A DNA stretch of 63,337 nucleotides, the filler included, from Octopus bimaculoides (taxonomy: Eukaryota): the NCBI RefSeq assembly GCF_001194135.2. It is 6 parts of 6 records of this genome, joined end to end, with 100 filler letters (N's around TTAATTAATTAA, not from the genome) between each part and the next. Parts side by side here need not be neighbours in the genome. Positions count along the whole stretch, not along the records: positions 1 to 14,884 come from NC_069002.1; positions 14,985 to 26,092 come from NW_026314798.1; positions 26,193 to 48,736 come from NC_069000.1; 3 more parts are not named here. One strand, given 5' to 3'. Both the position numbers and the translations under genes were made by a program. Of the stretch, positions 13,991 to 27,225 are shown piece by piece; within the stretch, counting starts at the first letter, position 1, and the number at the start of each line of letters is the position of its first letter. The notes below the pieces were generated by a model, which worked only from the letters and a program-made list of their open reading frames with translations, searched no databases and had not been told where the DNA came from.

Positions 13991-14884
13991 CACTCTAGGG
14001 AGCATATATTTAGAAAGGAAGATACGTATCTGCATAAAGATAGAGAAACCTAGAGAAAAATTAATGTAAGATTATAGGTATGTCATTCTTTTGTTCATGA
14101 AAGTTTTCAATTGTAATGAAGGACTTAGAGTACAGAGTTACTTGTAAATGAAATATAGAATATTTAAATCAAACTAACGAAAAAATACTGGCACAGTCAT
14201 CGATCAAATATTACAGCGTGAATTAATAGAAGACACAAGATAAATCTGAGAAAAATGACAGATTCTTAATTGGGAAATTCTGTGCAGGTCATGCGTAAAA
14301 AAAACAAAACAAAAGCAAGCCACTAGTTATTTTAGTAAAGACATATGTATATGCTTCCTTACATATGTATTTACATAGACAGACATACACACGTATAAAC
14401 GTATATGAGTGAGTGCCTGTGTTTGATTCAATGCCTTCACAAATATGTAAATGTATACACAAACATACACATATGCGTATATGTATGTATCTAGGTATGC
14501 ATGCATGTGTGTATGTAAGTGTGAGCTTGTGTGTTAGCAGTAATGGTAATGCTAAATGAAATAGTATGCATCTTCATGATTTAACGCATGTCAGTGACCA
14601 AAACTCATAAGTGTCAGTGGAGACACTATACTGCCATCATATAATCATACTACTTTACGTCTGTTAAATAAAGAACTATTTGTGTTCATCAATCCTGTAT
14701 CGCGTTTGATTTCCTTTCTTTCACGATCAAAGCAACTTACAGACGCCGGACTAAATATGTGTGTGTGTGTGGGTGTGTGTGTGTGCATCAGTGAGTGTGC
14801 GTGCATATGTGTGTGTGTATGTATATGTATGTACGTGTGTGTACATATATATATATATATCAATATACACATATATACATACAC

Positions 14885-14984
14885 NNNNNNNNNNNNNNNN
14901 NNNNNNNNNNNNNNNNNNNNNNNNNNNNTTAATTAATTAANNNNNNNNNNNNNNNNNNNNNNNNNNNNNNNNNNNNNNNNNNNN
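14885..14984. other. Artificial assembly spacer N44-TTAATTAATTAA-N44 (also 26093, 48737, 55056, 59457)
   Basis: Identical 100-bp geometry occurs five times; the 12-mer gives stops in all six frames. Confidence 0.95.
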
Positions 14985-15970
14985 TGATTTGCTTCAAACC
15001 TGTGTTTCCCGCTGAAAATCGGAAACGTGAAAGTTTAAGTAATAATCTGTGAATTATTTTTTTTATTTATTATTATTTTTTTTGTAGCTTCAATAGAATT
15101 GTATATTTTACTCCATTTCTTGTATCGAGTATCATTTTTCTCACCATGTCATCTTGCTTTATGCAGTTATTTTCTTCCTCGTGCAAACATATTCGCGAGT
15201 ATACTCATACACACTAACACGCAAGTACACGCAGGCACACATACACACCAACACACACGTATACCCACAAAGACACACATGCAGACACACAAAACTAAAA
15301 TGTTCAAGGGAGGTAAATGGTTGTCATAACAGATATCTGTTGCATGAATATTTACTAGAAGTAAAGTAAACACTAACACTAAAAACCTGTGTAACTGCAA
15401 TGGAGTTAAGTTTTTGCGGAATTGATCGTGTATCAGCAAAAACTTGTTGATGTCAAAGTTGCTTATTGATTAGTTCTTGTTATTTATGCTACTCTGATGG
15501 AGTAGGCCATAGGGTTATTGGTGTTCCAGCCTTTATTCTCCCGTCGTTTTGTGTATCTTAGGCTACACTGTCCTGTGTATCCTTGTGTTTTAGGACGGTA
15601 GACTGTGATTTGAGGGAGATTAGCAGCTCTCTTCGTAGCTGGACGACATAACACATCGAGATTTCGTAGTTTTGGCTCGTTTATTGATTAGTGCTGTTAG
15701 GAAGTGAAGTACAAACCACAATTAAGCTAAAATTACAGTTGAATGAATAGAGGAAGGCTACTACTAGAAAGCAGAGAAGGGATTGTTTAGGTAAAAGAAG
15801 AAACAAAGGTAAAGTATTACGTTTACTAAGAAAACTGCTCTCTTGTCGCAAAGTAATTATGGCTGCCAGCGAAAAAGATGAGTCACGAAAGATAGATGGG
15901 GGAAGGAAAAAGAAATGATTTGAAGTGAAACACATATGCACACAAATGCACATGCAGACATACAAATACA

Positions 15971-16018
<48 letters not shown>

Positions 16019-16331
16019 CACACACAAATACACACACATACACACATGCACACACAAAGAATCACAAACGTACACACAAACACGCATACGCACAAACACA
16101 CGAAAACACACACAAACAAATACACAGACAAACACACAAACACAGACACACATATACACAAAGAAACTCACATACACACACATACACACATACACGCAAA
16201 CACAAACACAAACATGTTTAAACACACACATACTCATATATTGAAAGATAAATATAGGAAGAAAAAGGAAAAAGTGATAAAGTGTACAGAATAATACGGG
16301 ATATAAACGTGTATAGAGGTATATATCTCCA

Positions 16332-16412
<81 letters not shown>

Positions 16413-16587
16413 CTCGCTCTCCATCTCTCTATCTCTATGTATATATATATATACATACATGCATTCATATATATACATACATTTATATACATGCATATAC
16501 CTATATATACGTGTACATACATATACATATATATATATGTGTGTATATATATATATATATACACACACACACATATATATATACATG

Positions 16588-16651
<64 letters not shown>

Positions 16652-17805
16652 NNNNNNNNNNNNNNNNNNNNNNNNNNNNNNNNNNNNNNNNNNNNNNNNN
16701 NNNNNNNNNNNNNNNNNNNNNNNNNNNNNNNNNNNNNNNNNNNNNNNNNNNNNNNNNNNNNNNNNNNNNNNNNNNNNNNNNNNNNNNNNNNNNNNNNNNN
16801 NNNNNNNNNNNNNNNNNNNNNNNNNNNNNNNNNNNNNNNNNNNNNNNNNNNNNNNNNNNNNNNNNNNNNNNNNNNNNNNNNNNNNNNNNNNNNNNNNNNN
16901 NNNNNNNNNNNNNNNNNNNNNNNNNNNNNNNNNNNNNNNNNNNNNNNNNNNNNNNNNNNNNNNNNNNNNNNNNNNNNNNNNNNNNNNNNNNNNNNNNNNN
17001 NNNNNNNNNNNNNNNNNNNNNNNNNNNNNNNNNNNNNNNNNNNNNNNNNNNNNNNNNNNNNNNNNNNNNNNNNNNNNNNNNNNNNNNNNNNNNNNNNNNN
17101 NNNNNNNNNNNNNNNNNNNNNNNNNNNNNNNNNNNNNNNNNNNNNNNNNNNNNNNNNNNNNNNNNNNNNNNNNNNNNNNNNNNNNNNNNNNNNNNNNNNN
17201 NNNNNNNNNNNNNNNNNNNNNNNNNNNNNNNNNNNNNNNNNNNNNNNNNNNNNNNNNNNNNNNNNNNNNNNNNNNNNNNNNNNNNNNNTGTAGGAGAAAG
17301 TATATGACTGCAAAGTATCAATTAATGAGGACAGCATTTGTGAATGTTTCGCGGCGAATGAACTAAATAAAAAAAAAAGAAGAAAAGAAAAGAGTGCCTG
17401 AGTCAACAGAATGAAAACGCGAGCAACTTATATTTCTTTAAGGAAATATAACTGGCGCCACTGGCTGCAGGTAGTAGGGTAGTGATTTCTCATATCTCTC
17501 CCTCTCTCTTTCAAGCTGCTTTATCTGCCCCCCCTCCCTTTTAGCGCGCATACATTTTCAGTGTAATAATGATGATGATAATAAAAATACTAATACTTAT
17601 ACTACTACTAATAATAATAATAATTACACAAAAAAAACAACAACAACAGAAGAACTCCGTTCCTCATGAGATGTATCAAGTAACCATATTAATGCTCTCC
17701 TATTTAGCTAGTTAATTTATTTAACCACACATAACCAGAAACGCACACAAATATATATATACAGTAGACACATATAGACATACATACATATATTTGTATG
17801 TATGA

Positions 17806-17836
<31 letters not shown>

Positions 17837-18404
17837 AAAGATAGGGATCTGTACGTGGGTTAAGTATACATTTATAAATATATATTGTGTACATATCTAT
17901 CTATCTGTCTATCTATCTAGTTATCTATCTGTCTCTGTGTGAAACAAGTTATAAATAATGTTAATTACATATTTTCCCTCTATCAGAGGAAATTTGGCGT
18001 ACAGTTGTTTCCAGTTGTCATTATAGGTACATTACTGACAGGTTTACACAATTGGTCTATTGATCAATCAAGGAAAATTCAACGTCCTAACAAAATTGAT
18101 GCTACTTTCGTCTGAGCCATTCTGAAGGAATGATGAGTGCATCTGTCTTTTCCTCCCTCCCCCATGCACCTACCATTCCTTCAGTGTTCTGCGTAGCTTT
18201 AACCAGAAATGACTTTGACAGAAGTAAGAAACTCTTTTTATTTAGGTCGTCCAACTTTTTTGGGCCGACTGCTTGTCTTCCGTAAAACAACGTTGCCCGA
18301 ATTTGCGCCTCAGAGGGTAACTTTCTAGGTGCAATACCATGGTCATTCATGGCCGAAGGGTTTTTTTTATACATACATACATACATACAAACACACGCAT
18401 ATAT

Positions 18405-18495
18405 ACTCTTTTACACTTTTAATTGTTTCAGTAATTTGACTGCGGCCATGCTGGAGCACCGCCTTCTAGTCGAACAAATCGACCCCAGGACTACA
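18405..18495 (-). mobile_element. SINE family A 3' tail fragment
   Basis: Reverse complement of AGTCCTGGGGTCGATTTGTTCGACTA..GGCGGTGCTCCAGCATGGCCGCAGTCAA. A similar piece lies at 22940-23000. Confidence 0.85.
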
Positions 18496-19190
18496 CACAC
18501 ACACACACAAACACATATATATATATATACATACAGACATACGTACATACATATATATATATACATATATNNNNNNNNNNNNNNNNNNNNNNNNNNNNNN
18601 NNNNNNNNNNNNNNNNNNNNNNNNNNNNNNNNNNNNNNNNNNNNNNNNNNNNNNNNNNNNNNNNNNNNNNNNNNNNNNNNNNNNNNNNNNNNNNNNNNNN
18701 NNNNNNNNNNNNNNNNNNNNNNNNNNNNNNNNNNNNNNNNNNNNNNNNNNNNNNNNNNNNNNNNNNNNNNNNNNNNNNNNNNNNNNNNNNNNNNNNNNNN
18801 NNNNNNNNNNNNNNNNNNNNNNNNNNNNNNNNNNNNNNNNNNNNNNNNNNNNNNNNNNNNNNNNNNNNNNNNNNNNNNNNNNNNNNNNNNNNNNNNNNNN
18901 NNNNNNNNNNNNNNNNNNNNNNNNNNNNNNNNNNNNNNNNNNNNNNNNNNNNNNNNNNNNNNNNNNNNNNNNNNNNNNNNNNNNNNNNNNNNNNNNNNNN
19001 NNNNNNNNNNNNNNNNNNNNNNNNNNNNNNNNNNNNNNNNNNNNNNNNNNNNNNNNNNNNNNNNNNNNNNNNNNNNNNNNNNNNNNNNNNNNNNNNNNNN
19101 NNNNNNNNNNNNNNNNNNNNNNNNNNNNNNNNNNNNNNNNNNNNNNNNNNNNNNNNNNNNNNNNNNNNNNNNNNNNNNNNNNNNNNNNNN

Positions 19191-19397
19191 ACAGGCACAA
19201 CAGAAACAGGAAGTAAGAGTGAGAGAAAGTTGTGGTGAAAGAGTACAGCAGGGTTCGCCACCACCCCCTTCCGGAGCCTCGTGGAGCTTTAGGTGTTTTC
19301 GCTCAATAAACACTCACAACGCCCGGTCTGGGAATCGAAACCGCGATCCTATGACCGCGAGTCCGCTGCCCTAACCACAGGGCCATTGCGCCTCCAC
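19191..19397 (-). mobile_element. Young tRNA-headed SINE (family C), 5' part
   Basis: Minus strand GTGGAGGCGCAATGGCCCTGTGGTTAGGGCAGCGGACTCGCGGTCATAGGATCGCGGTTTCGATTCCCAG has A and B boxes and is followed by non-tRNA body sequence rather than a tRNA 3' end. Confidence 0.85.
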
Positions 19398-20084
19398 TCA
19401 CACACACATATACACACACATACATACATACATATATACATACACGCATACATACATACATACATACATACATACATACATACATCAATACGTACAAACA
19501 ACCTATTCTATAAGTCGATCTATACATGTATTTATATTTTCAATATATTTTTAATGTATTGATAAATCTATATATTTTTATTACATTTATATGTCTATAT
19601 ATCTTTAGTATGTTTGATGTATTAAATATATTTTTTTTACAATTTATGCATATTAGGTCTACGGTTGAAGATATATATTAAAACGTGTGAATTGATTTGT
19701 CTAACTTGATTCTCATTTCGATATACATACATATATATATAAATGCACATACACAAACATATATATGTATGTATCTATATATGTATGCATACATGTATGT
19801 ATGTATAAGTTATGATGTCATTTTAGGTCAAGTTAATCCAAAGTAACAGGTATGCTTTCTGAGTGGTACAGTAGGTAATCCACCAAAATTCCCGCTATGA
19901 TAGCAACTGGTGTTGTGGTTGTGTGAAAGTCTTATTCGAAAAAAAAAACAAAAAAAATAACTGACAGTTAGTGGCTTACCTTTGAGTCAGTAAGTATCGG
20001 TTAATGTAGCGAGGAAAGCAAACAATCAGTCAAGGAAGCATTATGACATTTAAATTTATTTAATTTAATCTAAAATAGTAAAAT

Positions 20085-20246
20085 AGGCGTAGGAGTGGCT
20101 GTGTGATAAGTAGCGTGCTTACGAACCACATGGTTCCGGGTTCAGTCCCACTGCGTTGCACCTTGGGTAAGCGTCTTCTACTATAGCCTTGGCCGACCAA
20201 AGCCTTGTGAGCGGATTTGGTAGACAGAAACTGAAAGATGCCCGTC

Positions 20247-20314
<68 letters not shown>

Positions 20315-20502
20315 GTGTCTGTGTTTGTCCCCCCAACATCGTTTGACAGCCGATGCTGGTGTGTTTACGTCCCCATAACTTTCGAAAAAGAGACCGATAG
20401 AATAAGTCCTGGGGTCGATTTTTCTCGACTAAAGGCGGTGCTCCAGCATGGCCGCAGTCAAATGACTGAAACCAGTAAGAGAGTAAAGAGTAAAGAGTAA
20501 AA
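20085..20502 (+). mobile_element. Full-length tRNA-headed SINE (family A) with internal (TA)n
   Basis: A-box-like TGGCTGTGTGAT, B-box-like GGTTCAGTCCC, central (TA)n, 3' GGCGGTGCTCCAGCATGGCCGCAGTCAAATGACTGAAAC and (GAGTAAA)n tail; homologues recur through the window. Confidence 0.9.
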
Positions 20503-20520
20503 AGTAGAGTAATACAAAAC

Positions 20521-20962
20521 TGGTAAATATAATAAAGATAGTCTCTGAGATATCCCCGCTTATGGATCATCATATTGATTGAAGATTCTATAAACCAGGT
20601 ATTCCGCCATCGACTGTATGTATGTAGAAATGTATGCGAGATAGTGGAAGGAAAGTTCCTCTTTATTATTGATCGTGGTTCATTATGGGCCATTGTGTCC
20701 TTATGGGTAAGAGAACTGAAGAAAGGTAGGAGGGCAGGAAGGTTTAATTAATTAATTAAACCCTCCTACCCTCCTGAACATAATGAACCATAACGAACCA
20801 CAATGGTTATCATTAAAGAGGAACTTTCCTTCAATTGTCTGTCATACATTTTCTCATACTCTTCTTTGATGACGGAATATCCGATTTGTAAAATCTTCAA
20901 TCGATACGATGCTCCAATAACTGGGATATCCCAGAAACAGTTGTGAGAAACTATCTTTACCA
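20521..20962. mobile_element. Old foldback / MITE-like element with a near-perfect 48-bp central palindrome
   Basis: 20521-20687 aligns by eye to the reverse complement of 20779-20962 (shared blocks GATTGAAGATT, GAAGGAAAGTTCCTCTTTA, GGTTCATTATG). Centre 20728-20775 is palindromic with 2 mismatches. Confidence 0.75.
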
Positions 20963-21733
20963 TCATAACCAGTTTTCTATTATTTTACTATTTCTAGACT
21001 GATTTAAATGAATTTAATTGCCATAGTCTTGCCTTCCTCGTTACTTTAACCTATATATATATATATATATNNNNNNNNNNNNNNNNNNNNNNNNNNNNNN
21101 NNNNNNNNNNNNNNNNNNNNNNNNNNNNNNNNNNNNNNNNNNNNNNNNNNNNNNNNNNNNNNNNNNNNNNNNNNNNNNNNNNNNNNNNNNNNNNNNNNNN
21201 NNNNNNNNNNNNNNNNNNNNCTACATTTCTCTTTATAAATGTTCTATAAATTCCACACTGCCTCGGCTTTGTTGCCTCATTTTATTTAACACGCACACAC
21301 GCGCACGCCCCCCCCCACACATAATGAGAGAGCGAGCGAGTGAGTGAGTGAGTGTCCCAGCTTGTCCGCAATCTATTGATTAAAACAAGTAAAAGATAAT
21401 ACATATTGAGAAAACAAGAATATGCGCATTAGCACAAATATCGATTATTCAAGTCGTTTAAACAATAGTAGGGATGTTTCAGCATGTAATATAACGCACA
21501 AACTCTACTTTATGAATTGAGTATATATTTCTTTGTAAAGAAACGCCTAACTTCCGCACACACACATACGCAAATTTATGCATCCTCGTCGTTGTGGTGC
21601 AATCATCAACATACATTACTTGCTTACTTGTCGGTGGAAACGCACATTCAGTCTTGTCCTTATCTGATATTTGTTTACTAATATCTAAATGATTGTTTTC
21701 ACACATATTTCTTGTCTCTTTCACTTTTCGTAC

Positions 21734-22305
21734 CTTCTTCTTCTTCTTCTTCTTCTTCTTCTTCTTCTTCTTCTTCTTCTTCTTCTTCTTCTTCTTCTTC
21801 TTCTTCTTCTTCTTCTTCTTCTTCTTCTTCTTCCAATTCTTCCAATTCTTCTTCTTCNNNNNNNNNNNNNNNNNNNNNNNNNNNNNNNNNNNNNNNNNNN
21901 NNNNNNNNNNNNNNNNNNNNNNNNNNNNNNNNNNNNNNNNNNNNNNNNNNNNNNNNNNNNNNNNNNNNNNNNNNNNNNNNNNNNNNNNNNNNNNNNNNNN
22001 NNNNNNNNNNNNNNNNNNNNNNNNNNNNNNNNNNNNNNNNNNNNNNNNNNNNNNNNNNNNNNNNNNNNNNNNNNNNNNNNNNNNNNNNNNNNNNNNNNNN
22101 NNNNNNNNNNNNNNNNNNNNNNNNNNNNNNNNNNNNNNNNNNNNNNNNNNNNNNNNNNNNNNNNNNNNNNNNNNNNNNNNNNNNNNNNNNNNNNNNNNNN
22201 NNNNNNNNNNNNNNNNNNNNNNNNNNNNTCTTCTTCTTCTTCTTCTTCTTCTTCTTCTTCTTCTTCTTCTTCTTCTTCTTCTTCTTCTTCTTCTTCTTCT
22301 TCTTC
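21734..22305. repeat. (TTC)n microsatellite spanning a gap
   Basis: TTC runs on both sides of the 21858-22227 gap. Confidence 0.95.
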
Positions 22306-23089
22306 TGTTACACACTCAAAACCTCACTCTATCGGTCGCCGCTTTCTCTCATTGTCATCTAAACAGCAGTATATTTCTGATGTAGGCAACAGAAACGTTT
22401 CTGATTCATGCCACTTATATCATCGTTTTCTTTTCTAGAGCGGCAGTAGCGGCGAATGATGATTACGTGCCGGACTTAGTGCTTTGCATTATTCAACTGC
22501 TATTACATCCCTTTTCGTAGTCGAAGTTGAAGTTTCACTCATATTAACACTGCCTTTCATCTTTCGGCAAACATTGAAATAAGCAAACTTTCGGCGTCTA
22601 TGTAAGAATTCATAATTTTTCAATGCTATTCTATTTTTGATTATCTCTTTATCGCTGTCAGAATGCTTATGCCTTTTAAGTAAGAAATAATAAGTTATTC
22701 AATCCCTTAACGCTACCAAAAATGTTAAAGCGGTTGAGAGCGATTATCTAAGGCACGAGATTAAAATCCCTTCCGTATGGACTAAAGAATTTAATCCAAG
22801 TAACCGGTGCTTATAAAAATAAGAAGATTACTAAAGTGACGGGTCAGATTTGATTGAAGTGATGTCCAGTTTTGACTTGAATGGAAGCAAACGAATAAAA
22901 GGTAGCGCTTTCGAATAAGTCTGAGGTGGTATTCTTTTATTCCTTTATTCTTTTACTTGTGTCAGTCATTTGACTGCGGCCATGCTGGGACACCGCCTTT
23001 AAATAATAAAAAGAACAAACAACTGCCGTTTACATATTTCTTCAATATTTTTTAGAATGGTAATTTAGTCACAGTTATTTTGCACTAAT

Positions 23090-23305
23090 CTCTTACCTTT
23101 TAATTGTTTCCGTCATTAGACAGCGGCCATTCTGGTGCATCGCCTTGAAGATTTCAGTCGACCAAATCAATTCCAGTATTTACTTCTTAGTCCTGGTCCT
23201 TTTTCTATCGTTCCCTTTTGTCGAACAGGTAAGTTACCGGGATTTAAACGAATCAACAACGGTTGTCAAGCGGTGATGGGGAATGAATACAAACACAGCG
23301 TGTAT

Positions 23306-23380
<75 letters not shown>

Positions 23381-24560
23381 NNNNNNNNNNNNNNNNNNNN
23401 NNNNNNNNNNNNNNNNNNNNNNNNNNNNNNNNNNNNNNNNNNNNNNNNNNNNNNNNNNNNNNNNNNNNNNNNNNNNNNNNNNNNNNNNNNNNNNNNNNNN
23501 NNNNNNNNNNNNNNNNNNNNNNNNNNNNNNNNNNNNNNNNNNNNNNNNNNNNNNNNNNNNNNNNNNNNNNNNNNNNNNNNNNNNNNNNNNNNNNNNNNNN
23601 NNNNNNNNNNNNNNNNNNNNNNNNNNNNNNNNNNNNNNNNNNNNNNNNNNNNNNNNNNNNNNNNNNNNNNNNNNNNNNNNNNNNNNNNNNNNNNNNNNNN
23701 NNNNNNNNNNNNNNNNNNNNNNNNNNNNNNNNNNNNNNNNNNNNNNNNNNNNNNNNNNNNNNNNNNNNNNNNNNNNNNNNNNNNNNNNNNNNNNNNNNNN
23801 NNNNNNNNNNNNNNNNNNNNNNNNNNNNNNNNNNNNNNNNNNNNNNNNNNNNNNNNNNNNNNNNNNNNNNNNNNNNNNNNNNNNNNNNNNNNNNNNNNNN
23901 NNNNNNNNNNNNNNNNNNNNNNNNNNNNNNNNNNNNNNNNNNNNNNNNNNNNNNNNNNNNNNNNNNNNNNNNNNNNNNNNNNNNNNNNNNNNNNNNNNNN
24001 NNNNNNNNNNNNNNNNNNNNNNNNNNNNNNNNNNNNNNNNNNNNNNNNNNNNNNNNNNNNNNNNNNNNNNNNNNNNNNNNNNNNNNNNNNNNNNNNNNNN
24101 NNNNNNNNNNNNNNNNNNNNNNNNNNNNNNNNNNNNNNNNNNNNNNNNNNNNNNNNNNNNNNNNNNNNNNNNNNNNNNNNNNNNNNNNNNNNNNNNNNNN
24201 NNNNNNNNNNNNNNNNNNNNNNNNNNNNNNNNNNNNNNNNNNNNNNNNNNNNNNNNNNNNNNNNNNNNNNNNNNNNNNNNNNNNNNNNNNNNNNNNNNNN
24301 NNNNNNNNNNNNNNNNNNNNNNNNNNNNNNNNNNNNNNNNNNNNNNNNNNNNNNNNNNNNNNATATATATATATATATGTACATATGCACGTATGTATAC
24401 GACAAACTTTTTTCCAATTTCCGTCTACCAAATTCACTAACAAGACGTTGGTTAGTCAGGAACTGTAGTAGAACACGCTTGTCCATTGTGTCAAACAGTG
24501 CGGTTGAACCAAAAACCATGTGGTTGGGAAGCAAACTTTTGATCACACAGCTACGCCAAT
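23090..24560 (-). mobile_element. SINE family A copy spanning a gap in its internal microsatellite
   Basis: The 3' half lies at 23090-23290 and the 5' head at 24400-24560, both on the minus strand, either side of the 23381-24362 gap. Confidence 0.8.
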
Positions 24561-25060
24561 ACCTATATACTGAATATAAATATTGATTCTTTAAATGTGT
24601 TATTCAATCAAAGTTTCCTTGTATCAAGAATATATTCTATCTATATTTTGTTAACAGCATATCTCACTGAAAGCAATATGAATTTTTTATTTTTAAGCAC
24701 GAAACAATTTTCGGGACAGAATGATTATCTTTGATCGGTAGGTCACTAATATATTTACTGGCTTGCATTTTACCAAAGTTGGAGTTACTACATCAAAATT
24801 AAATTCGGCGCCATTTAATGTCAAATCAGAAAGCAATGAACATGTATATACTATGAACCACTTTGATCATTTACTTTACTTATCTTTACATCAAGCTACA
24901 GCTAAAAAAACAAAAACAAAAACAAGGAGAGGAAACATATTTTCAGGCATGGAACCTGAGATGTTGTAGAGAGGGTGAGGATAAATTGGAAGCGCTTAAC
25001 TTTCACTTCGTTTTTGGAGTTAGTAAGTGATATGAAAGATATTTCTAAGTCCGTCAGAAG

Positions 25061-25125
<65 letters not shown>

Positions 25126-25138
25126 TAATAATAATAAT

Positions 25139-25772
25139 TTGCTGCGTATGATGGAAAGTGTCAGCTGTCCACAGTCAGCAGACTAAGGTGACACTTGTTT
25201 ACTGTGGAGAACTCTTGCAGTTCCAAGCAATGATGGTTTTTGTAAATGTTCTATTTCTACATTTGTGCCAGTCTTTTTCAGCCATTTTAGTAGTTGAGTG
25301 CTGATACTTCCAAGTACGCCATTTACCACTGGTATCACGTCCACTCTCTTCATTGACCACAGCCTTCGTATTTCCCACTTCAAATCATTGTAGTTGTTCA
25401 GTTTTTCTTCTTTCTCTTTGATCCTGTTGTTACCGGGACATGCTATGTCGATTATCATGCATGTTCTTTCTTTTTTAATCACCATAACAACATCCGCTTT
25501 TCGATGTCTGATCAGGAGATCGCACTGAATCATTGCATCCCACAGGATTTTGGCAATTCTCATTCTCGGTGACTCCTTCTAGGGTTTGCTCATACCGCGT
25601 CTTTCCTCTTTGTAGGCCGTGATTTCCACAAAGTTCCCGATGGATCATTCTTGCCACATTGTCACGTTGTCATCTGTATTCGCGTTGTGCCAATTTCGCG
25701 CATTCGCTAATGATGTGCACAACCGTTTCACCCCTCTCACCACACATTCTGCATTTGCCGCTGTCGGTAGTG

Positions 25773-25774
<2 letters not shown>
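25139..25774 (-). mobile_element. 5'-truncated R4/Dong-like (RLE) non-LTR retrotransposon, 3' end
   Basis: Minus strand: CRMCGERGETVVHIISEC (CCHC knuckle), then ILWDAMIQCD...KADVVMV...IIDIACPG (RLE PD..D nuclease) and HLQKPSLLGTARVL; followed by a (TTA)n tail. Confidence 0.9.
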
Positions 25775-25844
<70 letters not shown>

Positions 25845-25856
25845 ATTATTATTATT

Positions 25857-26092
25857 GTTCAGTAGTTTTATTTTTATAACGTGCTTTCACTTCACTACCG
25901 AGCGCAGCTCTGTGCGCCTTGGGTATGTGCTGTGGTTTGCTGTGGTGCTCTTATGGTTACTGTATTGAAAGTGTTTTGCGTAGGATGTGTGCAGTGCCCA
26001 GTAGTGCAATTTTCTGTATGTTATACATATTTGTAAGTCCTGGTGTTTTTGTTATGTATTTGTCTGAATATTTTTTTATTATACCTAAGGCA
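25857..26092 (-). mobile_element. Second RLE-LINE family, C-terminus plus 3' UTR
   Basis: Minus translation ALGIIKKYSDKYITKTPGLTNMYNIQKIALLGTAHILRKTLSIQ*, then a UTR and an (AAT/AAC)n tail that runs into the preceding element. Confidence 0.85.
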
Positions 26093-26369
26093 NNNNNNNN
26101 NNNNNNNNNNNNNNNNNNNNNNNNNNNNNNNNNNNNTTAATTAATTAANNNNNNNNNNNNNNNNNNNNNNNNNNNNNNNNNNNNNNNNNNNNTGTGTGTG
26201 TGTGTGTGTGTGTGTGTGTATTTTATGTGTGTGTGTGTGTGTGTGTGAGTGAGAGAGAAACACATAGAGAGAGAGAGAGAGAGAGCGATTGCGTGTGTGC
26301 GTGTTTGATAGGAGGGGAAGGTTCAAAAAGAAATTTCGAGTTGAAATTTAGCCTTACACATAAGCTAAG

Positions 26370-26750
26370 GTGCACACATGCAAAGATAGCCGATTGGTTA
26401 AGAAGGTCGCATCGCAAGTGTGTGATCTCCGGTTCGATTTCTTTATGTCATATCCTCATTATTTTACCACAGTCGTGTCAGTGAAATTGGTTTCATTGAA
26501 ACAGAGTCGGAAGTGACCAAATAAATGAAGCTGTAATTTAAAGGGTGGATTTGGAAGATGGAAATTGAAAGAAAGCTCGTTGTATTGTGTGTGTGTGTGA
26601 CTATGTTTGTGACTATGTTTGCGACTATGTGTGTGCGTGTTTGTCCCCACCATTGCTTGACAACTGGTTGTGTTTACGTCTCCGTAACATAACGATACGG
26701 CAAAAAGATTGATAGAGTAAGTACCAGGCTTTAAAAAATAAGTCGATAAG
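26370..26750 (+). mobile_element. SINE family A, diverged
   Basis: Head TGGTTAAGAAG..GGTTCGATT; 3' block TTGTCCCCACCATTGCTTGACAAC...AAGTACCAGGCTT. Confidence 0.75.
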
Positions 26751-26959
26751 ACAGACAGACACATACATACATACATACATACATACATACATACATACAT
26801 ACATACATACATACATACATACCTTATCTATATATGAATATGTGAGTGCGTGCCAATGCATATGTAGCATACCTATTCTCTATTTTTCGGTACGTCTTCT
26901 CTGCTGAGGTGTGGTTGAAATACGCTCAAAATAAAATAAGTGAGGGAATGAGTGTGTGA

Positions 26960-26999
<40 letters not shown>

Positions 27000-27177
27000 A
27001 TGCGCGTGCCTGTATGTATCTATGTGTGCCTATGCCTATCTATCACTGAGGCATATTAAAGTTATCATATGCAGTCTTAAGATATTTTAAGGCATTTCAT
27101 AACACAACTATACCTATCCTAGTGACGTCATGCAGATATCAGAGAATCTGAGAATTCTGGCAACTGTTACCAAGGTA

Positions 27178-27225
27178 ACGAAACTGACGAGGGTAAGATA
27201 TCGAAACCAATTTGGTTTTAGGGTA
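27178..27225 (+). ncRNA. Decayed hammerhead-like motif
   Basis: CTGACGA(27184-90)-gggtaagatatc-GAAA(27203-06)-CCAATTTGG-TT. Stem III CCAA/TTGG is good; stems I and II are only about 2 bp. Confidence 0.3.

Noticed and set aside
14929-14940. TTAATTAATTAA islands inside gaps (also 26137, 48781, 55100, 59501) as a biological motif
   Set aside because: Always N44-12mer-N44 = 100 bp with six-frame stops: an assembly spacer.
19325-19397. tRNA gene
   Set aside because: The tRNA-like head continues into SINE body sequence with no acceptor-stem closure or Pol III terminator; called as a SINE.
19826-19850. 23-nt microexon (TTTTAG|...CAG|GTATGC)
   Set aside because: Short pyrimidine tract and not frame-preserving; compatible with chance.
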